Part shown: one piece after another, positions 1 through 13,500 of the stretch
How the letters are laid out: every line of letters begins with the position of its first letter
Position numbering within the stretch: the stretch's first letter is position 1
From: Peribolospora baueri
Taxonomy: Eukaryota
Assembly (NCBI GenBank): GCA_029717555.1
Contig: JAMDHS010000002.1
Span: forward strand, 124,001-188,000
Length of the DNA stretch: 64,000 nt
Direction of reading: 5' to 3'
Program-made: the position numbers and the translations under genes
The notes under the pieces: generated by a model
The model's input: only the letters and a program-made list of their open reading frames with translations
Database searches by the model: none
What the model was told of the DNA's origin: nothing

Positions 1-850
1 TCCCATGGCCGCCGCCAGCGACATCGACGTCAAGCGCATCCGCAGCTTTAGCAGCCCAGAGCCCCACGCCGAGCCCCGCGTCGAGCCCGGCTCACCGGGC
101 GGTTACCCTTTCTATTCGCCTCCTTCGCCCGCTGTGTCGCTCCTATCGCCTTTGACCAACGGCACTACTGCTCCGACGGCCAGCCCCGGTCCTCGCTCGC
201 CTCCTCCTGCCCACGGCTCGTTCCCATCGCCTCAGCGCGCTCCTCATCCGGCCTACTACCACCCGCAGTCGGCTTCCCTCGCTCCTCCCTCGCCCGGTCA
301 CTCGATCCATCACCGTTCCCATCACTCTCACTCGCGTAGCCAGCCCTGCTCGCCGGCGTACCAGGACGGCCACCACCCCCATCAGCACCAACACCACCAC
401 CACCAGCACAGCGGCAGCGTCGATGGCTATCCCGACCTCCCGCCGCCGCCAGGCTCCGTGCTCCCGCCGTTGCGTGTCCCTTCACCGCGCCACTACGAGT
501 ACGCGCCGTCCTCGGCCATTCCTGAATTGGCCGCCGCCAACCACGACGACCAGCGTCATCATCATCATCACCATTATCCGCACCACCACCACCTCGCCCC
601 CGTACCAGCCACGTCGACGTGGCGAGCCGCCATCCCATCGCTCCCTCTGCCACTCCCTGCCACCTCTCCCACCGCCAGCGACCTCTCGAACCCGGTCCCC
701 TCGGCAGCAGCGGCGGGGCACGGAGCTCGAGTCGAGCCTGGCTACGCGAACGCACACGGGCACATCCATGGACATGGACATGAACATGGGCTCGGCACGG
801 CGCAGCTGCCGCCTCTCATGGGCTACCTTCGCGAGGAGAAGTCGATTTGA
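1..850 (+). CDS. 3' end of a Pro/Ser/His-rich low-complexity protein (possibly a transcription regulator); probably truncated by the window start
   Basis: Open frame to TGA at 848-850, with poly-His tracts and LPPL motifs, followed by a T-rich 3'UTR-like stretch. No recognisable domain in this part. Confidence 0.6.
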   Translation, partial: PMAAASDIDVKRIRSFSSPEPHAEPRVEPGSPGGYPFYSPPSPAVSLLSPLTNGTTAPTASPGPRSPPPAHGSFPSPQRAPHPAYYHPQSASLAPPSPGHSIHHRSHHSHSRSQPCSPAYQDGHHPHQHQHHHHQHSGSVDGYPDLPPPPGSVLPPLRVPSPRHYEYAPSSAIPELAAANHDDQRHHHHHHYPHHHHLAPVPATSTWRAAIPSLPLPLPATSPTASDLSNPVPSAAAAGHGARVEPGYANAHGHIHGHGHEHGLGTAQLPPLMGYLREEKSI

Positions 851-1287
851 CTTGGACTGGACCACTCGCTTCTTTCGTTATCGTTCGTCGCCCTCGTTTG
901 CTTATTTCTTTTTTCGTCAGTCGGTCGCGATACGTATGGACGCTTTCTCGTGATTTTTTCGTCGCACTCCTCTCTCTTCTTTTGATCGGGTTTTGGTTCG
1001 GGTTTGTAACTGTCACCTCCACATCCCTTTTCTTCTTCTTTTTTTTTTTTGTCGTTTGCCGCGAGTCTCCCTCGCCATTCCACCAAGCTGAGTGAGGTTA
1101 TTTGTAAAGTAAAAAACACAACACAAACACGGCTCTCTTCCTTCCCTCTTATTACTAGTTCGTCTGTCTGTCTGTCCGTCGGTCAGTCCGTCGGTGAGCG
1201 GTTGGTTTGACAAACTTGGAACACTTCCGCGACGTCGTACACACACTGGTGTTTCGTGCATGCGTGCGTCCGCTGAGATGACCTCCC

Positions 1288-1326
<39 letters not shown>

Positions 1327-1356
1327 GAAAGAGAGAGAGAGAGAGAGAGTGTGTGT
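1288..1356. repeat. Compound microsatellite (TA)n-(GA)n-(GT)n
   Basis: Visible runs of TA, then GA, then GT between two convergent 3' ends. Confidence 0.95.
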
Positions 1357-1766
1357 GGAGGTTCGAGCAGTCCCAAAGACCCCAATGGTCTTGGATTTCC
1401 CTCCTCCTTCAGCGCTTTCTCCCCCCTCGCCTCGTGTCGTGTCGTGTCGTCAGTCGAAACAATTCCTTCTCTGGACGGCCCATGTGAATGGCCGTATAGC
1501 CGTAGACGGAAGGAAGTGAGGGACGGCGGCGTGGGCGAGTTAGTTCGTCGGACCGACCAGACTCGATCGATCATGCTGTTCTGTTCACCCAACCTAACCC
1601 CCGTCCCATCCTTTCGTTTACGACAGATTCACTTTTGTGGACGACACCCGAGGACGCGGTCATGTTCCAATAGGGTTTCATCCATCTCAGATGTCCGTCT
1701 CGGACGGCGCGGTATAAGTACATCACATCGTATCTCATCGTCACCACACATCGACCCACCCCCCCT

Positions 1767-4700
1767 TCACTCGGGCACCACGCTCTCCTCGTGGAACGCG
1801 CCAAGCGCCTTGAGCGCGTCGGCCAACCGCCGATAATCGGCCAGCAGCCGAGCCACCTCGCCCAGACGGAGCTCCTCCTCGGAACATTCGAGGAAGCGCT
1901 GGATGGGCGGCGCGAACGTCGTGCTGCCGCCGGCGGACAAGGCGGACGTCGACGGCACCGGCAGTGGGACGGTGGACACGCCGGGAGACGAGGAAGACCT
2001 GTCCGACTTGATCGACGCCGACGAGCCCAGCAGCGAGGCGCGCTTTGCATTGAAGGAGAAGAACGGAGTGCCGGACTGAAAACCAGACGGCGCGTTCAGC
2101 ATGTCGTCTCAACCAACACGACCTTCCCCGGCGACCCACCTTGCTCGAACCCACGCTCCCGCCCGCGCCCGCTTGTCCCGATGCCGGCGGAGACACGCCG
2201 AGGTTGAGTACAGAGGCCACCAGCTCTCGACCCCTCTCTTTATCCCTGCTCTCCTTGTCGCCCAAGCTGAACCTCGAAAGCACGGGCAAAGCGGCCAGCC
2301 TGCCGCCGATGGACAACTTCTCTGCCGAGCGCTGCTCCTCCTTCCTCTCTCCCTCCTTCCCGCTCACACCAGAAAGGATCGAAGTCAACGACCGAACGCT
2401 CCTCGCGTCGCTCTCGTCTGCCCCGCCTCCGCCGTCCCTCTCCGACGCCACCTCCTGTAGCTCCCGATGCGCTCTCTCTTCCTCCTCCTCCTCTGCCCTG
2501 CTTTTCGATGTGATGCTCAAGCCGCCAAAGCTGGTCCTCCGCATGAGCGAAGACGGAGCGAGCCGCGATGCCCCGCCCGAGAGGACATTCCTGACGTCCT
2601 CGATCGTCCGAGGCTGTTCCACCGCCTCGTCCGCGTTGGACGAGCCGAGGAAGCGACCAAACGCGCTCACGCTCGACGCCATCACTCCGGACAAGACGCG
2701 GTTCGAGTAGTCCGCCAGATCGCCGATCTCTTGTGTGACCCGGCCGCGGATTCTCTCCGGCATCGACGCGGTGATCACGTCCGCTCCAGCCAGGTTGAAG
2801 TTGACAGAGGTGGAATGCCGGGTCACCACGGGCGACTTGTCCTGAAAGCTGTCGGTGAACCCACGTGTCTCACTCCTTCCGTCAGCATTGGTCGTCTTCC
2901 CGGACAAAAACCGGGGCGCTTTTCCCGTTGGTCCGCGACGACTTACCTCAACACCCGGTCAGAAGACAATCCCAGCGTCGGCATGTCCACCTTTTCGAGG
3001 AACTCGACGACCGCCTGCGTATTCACCAGACAGAAAGACGTTTCTCCGCGGACGAGACTCTCGCAGCGAAAGCGCTGGATGAAGAGCAGGTTGGACGCCA
3101 GCTGGTGCGGGTTCGACGTCACTACCGAGAAGATGAGGACGGGCAGGATGAGGTCTGCGCTTGACGTCGCCGTTTTCCTCTCCGCCGGCGCCTCGGATTG
3201 GGCTACCTGCTTGGGTGGTGACGAGGCATCTTCCTCCGGAATGGCCCCCGCCGACGGCGCAGGTGTCCGGGACTCTCGCGCCTTCGTCTCCGCGAAACTT
3301 TGCACCCGGGGCGTCTCCTCTCCGTCTTCTTCTGCTGCCGGCACCTGGAGCAGATTGTCTTCATTTGATCGTGTAGCAGCGCTGACTTCATTCTCGTTGA
3401 GCTCCACCTCGGCGTCCCTTGGAAGGTGAATCGATGGCGTCTCGTCCACCTCGTCATCCGTGGGCCTGTTCTTCGCGTCGTCTTGTCGCAGCTCGACGTT
3501 CGGTATTTCGGACAGGCCATCTTTGGGAAACACAGAAAGGAGGGGGAGGTCAGGCGACCTATGCCGACGGGACGCCCACAGAATGATACCCGGCGCACGC
3601 TCACCGACGATGACCCGGTGCGCCGCGACGAGGACGGAGAGCTTATCGGCTGGCGAACGGCATCTTGGCTCCTGTAGTCGTTGTAGCTCTGTCGCAGCGG
3701 CGGAAGCAAAGACCTGATGAGCGCAAACGGGGACTGACGACCGACTTCGGTAACGCTCACCTTCCCCACAAGCAGAAACGAGCTTGGCGAGTTTATCGGC
3801 GGTGTCGCGTCCCTCCTCCGTATCGCCTTCAGGCACGACGACGCCTAGGTGAGACAGCGCAAGGCCGAGGACATTGAACGCTGCGATGCGCGAGGCGAGC
3901 GCGTCGTCGTGGAAGGCGTCGCGGGAGGTGAACGGACAGAACAACCTACGGCGCCCGGGGACGAGACATTGAATTAGCTTCAGTCGATGGCGTCGTCGGT
4001 CCGCCCGTTCAGTGGATTTGCTCAAACTCACCGATCGTAGACCTCTGAACAGACAACGCTCTCGATCTTTTCGACCGCCGCGTCGACCAAAACCTCGAAC
4101 TCATCATCATCGCATAGTTCGTGGCTCGATCCCGTGGCGGCCCAGACGACGGGCAGGTCGTCCTCCAGGCAAGCCCTCACGTCAGACAGGAAATCCTGCA
4201 GCCCGCCAGAAAGATCTTCAGGCACCGACTGGTACAGCGGCGGCCCTAACAGATGGACATTGCCAAAAGAGGATGGGGTGATTGTCGCCGTCGATGCTGT
4301 CAGATCCTCCGCCGCGTCCGCGTTGGCAGCAGCGGGGGGCCGTCTCCACGTGCTCCGGATGGGAAAGAAACGCGATAGGAACCTGAGGCATGTGGGAAGG
4401 CATGTCAGCCTCTACAATGCGGCTCGCAACACCAAAGGACGCGCGCATGCGGAGAGAAAAGGAGGGAAAGCTCACTGGCGAGCCCGCACGATAGCTCCCT
4501 CGGGCAATCCTTCGAGACGCCTCTCCACTCTAGTACCGACGGCCGCGCCGAGATCCTCGAGCACCTTGGCCTTGCGCAACATTCGGTCGCACACCCATAC
4601 CGAAATCTTGGTTTCCTGACCGCCCTCGCTGTGATGCTCAGCCGATCGCTCGGACCAGGGCGTGGCGCTGCCTGAGTTGCTCACGTACAGATCCCCTCCG

Positions 4701-5986
4701 CTGGTCGTACTTTCTGTACCCAACTGTGCGCCTTGATCCGGTGACGCAAGCGAGCGCGTTCTACCTTTTCCGGTTCCGGCGAAAAGGGTCGCAAGGGACG
4801 GCGAGCGAGAGGAAGAGGGCGCTCGTGACAGATCTGGCCGTGGTGGGAGGGGTGGGGGTCGAGGTGCAGGCGGAAGGGCGAAATCATCCTTGAAGGACGC
4901 GAGTCGGAACTTGGGGAAGAAGGAGTTGGAGCTCGGGAGGGGAGCCAAAGCGTCGAGGACGGTGCTGAGACGGAGTCGGAGGACGCCGCTCGTCAGTCGA
5001 CTTCATGAGAGCCTGAGGGAATTGGCGTGCTTACCTCCTCGAGGAAGGATCGCGCAGCTCGCTAACGAAGATCAAATCCTCTCTCGGAACGAAACTCTTG
5101 ATCGTAAGCTGATTTCTAAGGAGGAAGGGAATAGGCTTGTTCAGCACCTACTCGTCTTTGTGCTCTCCATTTGCTTGGTGAGCCTCACTCATCTATTGTC
5201 CCTCGCAATCCCGACAACGATACAATCGAAAGAGAGGAAGAACCAGATGGCGGCTTAATGGCCTCGGCGGATAGCAGGATGTGATCATATGGAACGGAAA
5301 GGGCCAAATCCGGGGAACCGAGTGGCTCTTGGGGCAGTAGAAGCGTTGCCTGATGTTGGCAATCGGTAGAGGCGTGAGCACATGTTAAGCGAGCATGACC
5401 GATAAGAACAAGCCATGTGTGCGTACGATGTCAAAGGTCCTTCGCGCTAACTCACCCGTCCAGAGCTTACCAGCTCCGCTAGCTCGGCCCATTCGCCGTC
5501 CACGGCAGCCTGGAGCCTCTCCAGCATCATCCACCCAGCACTATCCAAGCCGAGCCCAAGCTCTTGGGCCGAACCCTTGAGCTGCTGAAGATGCAGCTTG
5601 ACCGTAGAGTTGCTCCCTGGCGCCAGGGGCGCATGCGATGACAGTGCGGCATCTGCTGACGTCGACAGCGTCGGTCCAGCGTGCAGGGCAGAGGTGGCCT
5701 GCGCCGACGACGGTCCGGACGAAGTGGCAGAAGCTGCTGCTGCTGCTGTTGCTGCTGCAATTTGGGAAGCATGAGATTGAAATGGTCGAGAGGGAGCGTG
5801 ACGAGGAGTATAGGAGACGGTATACGTCTTGGAACCGGCCGCACTGCCTTCCACGGTCTGAGCGTGCCCAGCTTTGGCGTTAGGGTCGGCGGCGACGGGT
5901 TCGGCGCCCAAGAGCGGGTGCCCGCTCGCCTCGGCGCTGCGGGACGAATTGAGGCGCTTGCCGGCAGAGCGGCCGAGCGAGCTCAT
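1767..5986 (-). CDS. VPS9-domain protein (Rab5-family GEF), multi-exon
   Basis: VPS9 motifs ELQRL..RSPADKLSVLVAAHRVIV and SSADLILPVLIFSVVTSNPHQLASNLLFIQRFR...GETSFCLVNTQAVVEFL. C-terminus RFLECSEEELRLGEVARLLADYRRLA ends at 1767. Upstream exons (ATLLLPQEP..., NQLTIKSF...) join in frame through GT-AG introns to MSSLGRSAGK at 5986. Confidence 0.85.
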
Positions 5987-6544
5987 GAGGGGCAATGTAG
6001 AAGGGAGAAGGCGGCGAAGATGAGGGAAGGAGGTGAAGAGGGAAGGGCCAAGATAAATATCGACATGGATGGGCGGCCCATGCACGACACCACGTTCTTG
6101 CCGCAGTGCCCATCACGTGAGAACGGACGATGGAGTCGATCGTTGTATGCGTCCGACGTCGACGACGACGATCGAGCTCATCGTGGGGGCTTGCGACAAC
6201 TCGGTGTACCTCGTCGACTGACACATTTGCTCACGTTGCCTGCGTTGCACTCGTCAGCCGGAAGCAATCAGAGCCGAGGGCAGATTGTCGCCCAACTAAC
6301 CTCCGCCCCCGCCCCCCCTCCGAATTGCCCGCCTCGCCCCCTTCATTTCTGTGACCTGACAAAGCACGTCGCCTCGAAAGCAAAATGAGCAACGAGACAC
6401 GCATTAGTAACAGAGATATCCCTCTTACGGGCTGTGATTCCCCGTGAGCCGAAGTAATGACAGTCTCTTTTGCCCAACATGTCGTTTGCATTGCTTTCGA
6501 GACGATGACGAGCTTGCGAGGTCATGGAATAACAAGATGGGGGC

Positions 6545-6551
6545 TATATAA
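6545..6551 (+). promoter_or_regulatory. Putative TATA box
   Basis: TATATAA about 125 bp upstream of the ATG at 6671, followed by a pyrimidine-rich leader. Confidence 0.4.
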
Positions 6552-6670
6552 CCCTGGCCCTCCCTGTGCTCGCCGTCTCTTATAGGCCCATCCTACGCCT
6601 TCCTACTCGTCTCCTTTCCAGCCAGTCCCACCTCCTTATTATTTCCTGCTCTCCCCAGCCCTTGTTCACC

Positions 6671-8300
6671 ATGGCTCTCTATAGCCAGGACACTGAAAAG
6701 GTTCGGTTGCTCACCGAGCAGAGCCCGACGATCAGTATTTTCCTCCGGCCCATCGCACCTCCCGCTGCTCTCGGCCTTGCTGGGTTAGCCTGACAATTTT
6801 TCGACAGAGGGAGTGAAAACCTGTATCAGCAGGAGGGGACGGTGACTCGCACTGGTGGATGCTGATCATCACGCCTGGATTCTTGGCCCGTCGCACACAG
6901 TCTTGCGGGCTCTACTTGGATTGCAGCTACTTGGATCGCGGGATGGTGGGGAACCGGCAGCGTGAGTCGTCCTTCCTTGGGGTATCGCTTTGAAAGTTCA
7001 CCCAAGGGGACCACTGACGGCAGACTCGACGCTCATCCTTGTTTTCCTTTCACCGTTCCCGCAGTCGCCCAATGTTTTCTTTCCCTTCGTCGCTTGTGAG
7101 CTTCGCGTCTCTTCGGTATGAGCGCGGAGTTCCTTTGCTCTGTCCATGTCCCGTCTGACAGCCATTTCGTTTTCCTACCTCGTGCGCGACCGCCAGTCTG
7201 GGGCGGCCTGGGACAGTTTATAGCCGGCCTGTACGGCTTCCCTGCCCGTGACACTCTCATCACAGTAAATTAGCGTTTATTCCCTCGCGCTCCATCCCCA
7301 ATCCTAGCTTACAAGTTCCTCATACCCTCTCTCCGCATATCGCAGGTGATGCACTGCCTATGGGGCTCCTTCTGGATGAGCATCGGCTTCGTCTATCTCC
7401 TCACCGCTACAGGCGCTTTGCCTCCCCACGCCATCCACGAGCACTTTGTCGAGCTGGCCACTTGGATAACAGTCAACGCTGGTAAGTATTTCCTTCGCTA
7501 GAGGCTGCTTCACCGCGAATGCAAAAGGGTCATCGCTGAACAGGTATTTCGGTCGTCCCCCTCACCTGCTCGCCTTATTCTCTGTAGCATTTACTTGGGT
7601 GGGCGCCATCGCCGCCTTGGCTCGCGACCTAACACTCTTCCTAGTGCTCTTTTTCCTCGCTACGGGTTCCACGGTCGCCATGGCGTGCGTTTCTGTGTCG
7701 TCCAGCGTTTCTTCTCTTCCTCAAGCACTGTGACGTCGCTAAATGCCTTTCTCGCTCTCGGCTCCTCGTACCTTCTCTTCGATTGGCCTATTCGCTTTCG
7801 GATTGCATAGCGGCTGGTACCAGAACTCCGAAGCCGCGATCAGGGCGGCCGCTTATTTCTGGATATTTGCTTCCATTGCGGCTTGGTGGAGGTGGGTAGA
7901 CAACAACGGTCTCTGCTCTTCGCTTTGCCCCGGCTTGCTCGGTACGATTCATGTCCTTGCCTTCGTCGCCACTCACGAGCTCCTGCACTTCTGTCGTCCT
8001 CGCAAACTCCTACAGAGTCACCGTCTACCTCTTGGAAGAGGCGTTCGGCTCTCCCGATACGGAATCAAGCCCTCGATTCTCTAAATTCTACCCCGGTGAG
8101 TCGCATGCTTTAGTTGGCGCCTTCAGCAGCAGTCATGACATGGGCGACCTTAGAATTTCCTCGTGGTGCACGTGCTGACCGCCCTTCGCTTCGTGCTCCT
8201 GTCGAAAGTCTTCCGCATGAATCGTGAAAGGGCGCGCCCGCTGGTTGCCCCGGGCCTCGGAGAGCCAGGCGTCAAGCGCGGCATGCCTGGCGCTGTCTGA
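6671..8300 (+). CDS. GPR1/FUN34/YaaH-family (acetate/ammonia transporter-like) membrane protein, multi-exon
   Basis: Spliced product includes IAPPAALGLAGLAGSTWI, FWGGLGQFIAGLYGFPARD, WGSFWMSIG and AAYFWIFASIAAWW, and ends GEPGVKRGMPGAV-stop. Several hydrophobic helices and canonical introns. Confidence 0.85.
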
Positions 8301-8775
8301 GGCAATCTGGGTCGAGACGAGCCCGCCCTCTTCGACGTCGGCTATGCGGTGGTATAAAGCCTCTGGTGTCTTTGTACGTCGTGTCAGCATTCGTCCCCAC
8401 TATGCCACGATCGTCCGCCCGGACGACAAACGTCCCTTACGTAGGAGCGGTAGCGGATTTCGGTCGCGTCCAGTTTGGTTACATCGTCCACTTGCCTCCT
8501 CTGGCACCCAATTTGAGAAGCGGGAAGTCCCGCCGATTTTGTATTCCTCGCTCACAAATCGCTCCCTTCTCTCGGCATCCTTATCTTTCAGCTTCGCCCG
8601 GCAGAGACGAGTCTTGGTCAGTCAGAGGGGGAGGGATGGCGAAAAAAGAAGCCAAAGACGCCTTCCGTCTAGCTATATGTTCACGATGGTGAGATTTCGT
8701 AAGAATGCTTTCGATGACCACCAAATAAGCGTGTAGACAACCTCTCGATGCCATTTCATACCGCACGGTCCAATC

Positions 8776-10252
8776 TCAAGGACGGTCACCTTGAACGAGC
8801 CACAAAGATTCGCCATCCTCGACCGCGTCCCCGAGGCGAGCGGCGGTAGGCAAAATCGAGAAGGGCAGAAATGGTTCGCGAGAATCATTCTCGCTTTGGC
8901 CTTGGTCGGAAGTGTGCTTGACTAGGTGTAGGACCTAAGTGAAGAAAGACGGGGGAAAGGAATGGAGAATTTTTAAGAATGACTAGCGCACTCGGCTGCA
9001 TGAGCACGCCTGTATGGCATACCCGGCGCAAGCCAGACATCCACGCGGAAGGACATAAAGTAAGCCATGCCTCACTTCTTCAGGGCCGCTGGCAGTGTTG
9101 TTCCGGTTTGTGACCTTGAGATGGTCTGCGATGCAATCTAGTGCTCGCCCAACGACAACGTCCTATAGACATATATGAACAAAAGGGGTAGACAGTGTGG
9201 TGTACATAGTACACAGTGAGCGATGCGTGCAGGGACTGGAAGGATGAGGTAAAAAAAAATTCCAGATCGCTCACCTTGTTGAAGAACAATGCCTTTCCAC
9301 CTGCCGCCTCAGGCTTGCCAACTCCGGCTCTTGCACTCGTACGCGCAATGGATTCAGGGACCTCTCCGACTTCCTTCCATTCCAAGTCCTTCCTCACAAC
9401 TACGTGCACCCTCTGTCCCATTAGCACATTCCCCTTACTTCCCGATGCACGTGGGTCACCTTGCTCTGCCTTGTGACGGAGCTTGACAAGCTCGATCTGG
9501 CGGAGCTTCTCGAGCCGTTGGCGATCCCTATCGTTGAGGTGCGGGGCTGACTTTGAGGTAGCCAGGGTCGTTGAGATCGGAGAAGTGGAAGGAGAGCTAG
9601 AGGTACTTTGCAACACCTCAGTTTCTGCAGAGGGAGCTGGCTTCGCTGCCAAGTTGGCGGCCGCTTGGCCGTGCGGAAAATGCTTGGCGAGCACCGCCTG
9701 AGCGGCTGCTCTTCTCTCCAGGGCCTTGGCTTGTGCTTCCTCTTGCTCCGAAGGCACCGGACAGTGATGAGACGGAGGATGGCGATGTCTGACCACCACA
9801 AGGTTCAAAAAAGCAAACACGAGCAATCCTCATTCAGACCAGTTGTTCGAAAAGACGTTCGCAATCCTCATTCAGACCAGTTGTTCGAAAAGACGTTCGC
9901 ATAAGCACGATTCATCTACTCACTCAGGACAGAACAAGCCCCTACACCGCGGGCACGACAGCTTCGTCGTCACCGCCCCATCCAGCGCCTCCACTCCTTG
10001 CGGCCCAAACTTCACGCTAGTGGAAGCGATGGAAGCCTTTTTGCACCCTTTCACCTGACATGGCAAGCCGCTCTGTTCCGCTTTCGGCCCAGGTTCGATT
10101 GAAGATGGAACGGAGGCGCCAGGACACGAATCATGCTGCCAGGGGAGGAAGTGCTGCTGGCAGAAAGGTCTGGAGCATGAAGGGCACTTGATGGGGAGGA
10201 AGTCGAGCGTAGAACATGAAGAGAGGGAGCAATGGGTTCCTACGTGCAGCAT
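8776..10252 (-). CDS. AN1-type zinc-finger protein (ZFAND1/Cuz1-like; two AN1 fingers plus a C-terminal ubiquitin-like region)
   Basis: MLHVGTHCSLSSCSTLDFLPIKCPSCSRPFCQQH, a second finger CPRCRGLFCPE.HRHPPSHHC, then KLRHKAEQGDP and VVGRALDCIADHLKVTNRNN. Last exon ends GDRP-stop at 8776. Confidence 0.85.
9823..9898. repeat. Perfect 38-bp tandem duplication (2 copies) in an intron
   Basis: GCAATCCTCATTCAGACCAGTTGTTCGAAAAGACGTTC at 9823-9860 and 9861-9898, followed by GCA. Confidence 0.95.
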
Positions 10253-10504
10253 GGTCGAGCACTATTGGAGTAAGAGGACGAACGAGAAGGCGGTTTGCGG
10301 AGTCCTCACGTGCTCATCTGTTTGGAGCACGGGCCAACACGCCATCGGCCAGCCTAATTCGGCAGGCCCTTTGCAGGCCTCCTTCGATTCCCAGGGCTGA
10401 TATCACGTCAAGTTTCACTCTGTTGGACAACGTTTCAACAGTGCAGATGTGCCATCCACGAATGAAAAACGAAGATACTAGAGTACAGGGAGGTGAGAAC
10501 GATG

Positions 10505-13500
10505 TCATGATCCTTTGGGAGTAGAAACCGCCGGCGTGGAATCGCGCGACGAAGTGGAAGGCTGAACGGGAGTAGCAGGCGTGGCCGCCAAACCCTCGTT
10601 TTGGTCAGAGCCGCTGCCGTCGCTGAGAATCTCCATGTACGCGGCTAACTTGGTGCGGTTGGCCCCTTGCTTTCGGAGGAGGTACTCGCGCAACGGCTTC
10701 TTGAGCGCTGGCTGCTTCTCCACCACATCCTGCAGCTGCGTCTTCTGCAGCTGACACAGGGCCGCAAAGCTTTGAGGGGCCGTCTGCTTGGCGCAGAGGA
10801 TGAAGCCATCCCAGAGAGTGGGGTTGTTCCAGACTCTTTTGGTGATGAGACGAGTAAGCAAATTCGTCGAGACATAGCCAGCCAGGGACTTGTATGCTGA
10901 GACGGCCATGATCACCTACGGGAAAAAAAAAAAGTAGTTTCAGTCACGGCGGTCGGTAGAGGAAACGAATCGGGTTAAGACAAGCCCGCTCACCGTTCGC
11001 ATGAATAGCAGAGGCAGCTCAGACTCATCCACGAGTTGCTGCAAGACGGCCGCGAGCACTTCTGCTCGGTACACGTCAGTCATGGAGAAGCAGATGGTGA
11101 TGGCCATCACGGTCGCCTTGAGGCCAATCTCCTTCTCTCGCTCGTGCAAGAGCACCATGAGCTCTGTCGGCGTGAGCAGTTCGCTCTGTCGCACACGCGG
11201 AACATTGGTCGACGCTGTGCCGAAGTTGGCCGGTGGAGTGGTGACGATGGAGGAGAAGACGGACCTGACGAGGGCCTCGTCTTCAGGCTTTTTGCTGTTG
11301 AGCACCGTGATGACTCGCGGAACGTGTTTCATGATCTCCTCCTACACAAAAGGCGAGCAGATGAATAATTACCCTTGCGAGTACCACACCGCGAGCGATT
11401 TGAGAACCTACCTTGTTCAAATCGGGCATGATTGGCATCAAGAACCTCGGATCGACCTCCCTCTGACTGACGAGACCCTTTACGAGTGCAACTATTGCCG
11501 GCGTACGGCCCTTCTCAGTGAGGACGTTAAGGATACGGAGTGCGAGCGAGTCGGCACCAGGAGGGAAGTTGCGGAGGAGGGTGAGCAGCTTGGAGTTGCT
11601 TGGACCGAGGGATCGAACGAGAGCAGAGATGTGCTTCTGGACCGCCTCCTGGACATGAGGTTGCATCGACGGGTAAAGGTCCATCACCCTAGCACGAGCA
11701 GTGATGAAGACATAACATTAGTAATGGTCTCCAATCAAACAAGCTTGATCCGCCTTCGCTCGCTTCGACTTACTCATTCAAAAGCTCCGGCGCCTTGACG
11801 GACAGGACAAACGGCAGTTCCACGTGTCTGAGCACGTCTGCCTCCGTGTCCAGCGGGGGAAGCTCGAAGGATTCGGATCCCACATACTCGTCGATGATCG
11901 AGCCATCTGGACGATCCAACTCGCTTTTGGCCTCTGCTGGCGTGCCGTTAGCGGAATCGCCATTTATAACTGCACCTCCCGCCAAGTCCATCTCCGACGC
12001 GGACGGTTTCCCTTCGGGAGGTTGCGTCAGTCGCCGCAGCAGGAACGACGCGTACTGGCGGACGACCGTGTCTAAAGCCTTGGTGTCCGGAACCCATCGG
12101 CGAACGGTATTAATGGCAGCGAGGCGAATGATTTTTTCTACGATGGCAGATAAAGAAGAACGGGGGAGTGAACAAGAATGAAGACGAACAAGAACACTAG
12201 ACAACAAGGAAGGGCCAGGAGGACGACTGGACATACCCGCATGTGTAGTGAGACCCAGCAGCGCATTGAGAGTTTCCTTGCGACTTGTTGGTCGCGAAGT
12301 CGCGATCTCACGAAGAGTGGTGAATGCAGCTGTATTGCTGCAAAACGCCGCCCATACTTAGGTCAGTTAAAGAAATTGGCGCAATGAAGTCGTTCGACAA
12401 AGTGCAAATATGGCACTCACCGATCTCGATCCGGATTGAGACAAAGATTGCGCAATTTATGAATGATGTCGGAAGGAATGGAAGGCAGGTCGAGGAGGAA
12501 GTTCACGAGCGACTTGGTGTTACCGTCTACGGCGCCGATGAGCTCGTCGAACAGTCGTCGGAGCCACGTCGTGTAGTGGCGCGGAGCCTGCAGTATGAGC
12601 ATGTGAGAGAGGTGGGTGAGAAGACGCAACACAATGCCAGGTGCGCCGAAATAAAGCGTGCAATCCACTCACCTTGTCGTTGACCTTCAGCACGAGCCGG
12701 TCGTTGTGCCACTCTTCGTTCATCCACAACGTCGCAAACCCAACTCTGTCACGAAGGGACGAGTGTGGGGAGGAAGAGAAGGAGGAGCTTTTTCAACGAC
12801 TGACTGTATAGACGTAGCTACTGCCAAAGACGGAACTTGAGGCACAAGAGATACTAACCTCGACTTAAAGTCGGCGAGAACGAAGTCGAACATCATCTGG
12901 CGAACTGTGTCCGCCTTCGTTTGGAGTCCTCGAGCCGCTGCTTTGCCGCCCTTGCCTTCCGCCACGACCCTTCCTTCCATTTCGCCCACTCCCTCTTCTG
13001 CTCCACCCTCCACTTCCATCGCGTCTTCCATGCCCTCTCTCGCTTCTGCTAAGCCCCTCGTGGCGAGTCTCGCCAACAAAAGCATCCAGATTTCCTCCGC
13101 GCTTCCCGTCGCCATCGAAACCCGCGTGGGACTTTCCTTTTTCGCGCCGTCTGTCGACGAAGACACGGCGACCCCACCTTGCTGGCCACCGAGGGCAAGG
13201 CCAAAGTCGCATATTCGTGCTATCGAGTCACGCACCAAGGCGATGCGAGTCGCTTGAGGGAGCGGCTCTGGTGGAGGCAAGGCGAAATTCTCCAAGCGGA
13301 GAAGCGTGCCCGCGGACCTTGATGACGTACTTGGCTCTTGCATTCCGTCCTGCGACAGACCGACGCGACACAAAGTGCTTGAGATCACAAACGATGGCGC
13401 CCGATCCGGCCGCCGCAGAGGAGAGAGCTTACCTGCATGGCCGCATTGAGCCTATCGGGCTCGAACTCCTCGAGCTCTTCGTCCATGTCGATCTTGAGCG

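Noticed and set aside
9823..9901. CRISPR-like direct repeats
   Set aside because: Two abutting copies, no spacer, no cas genes, eukaryotic intron.
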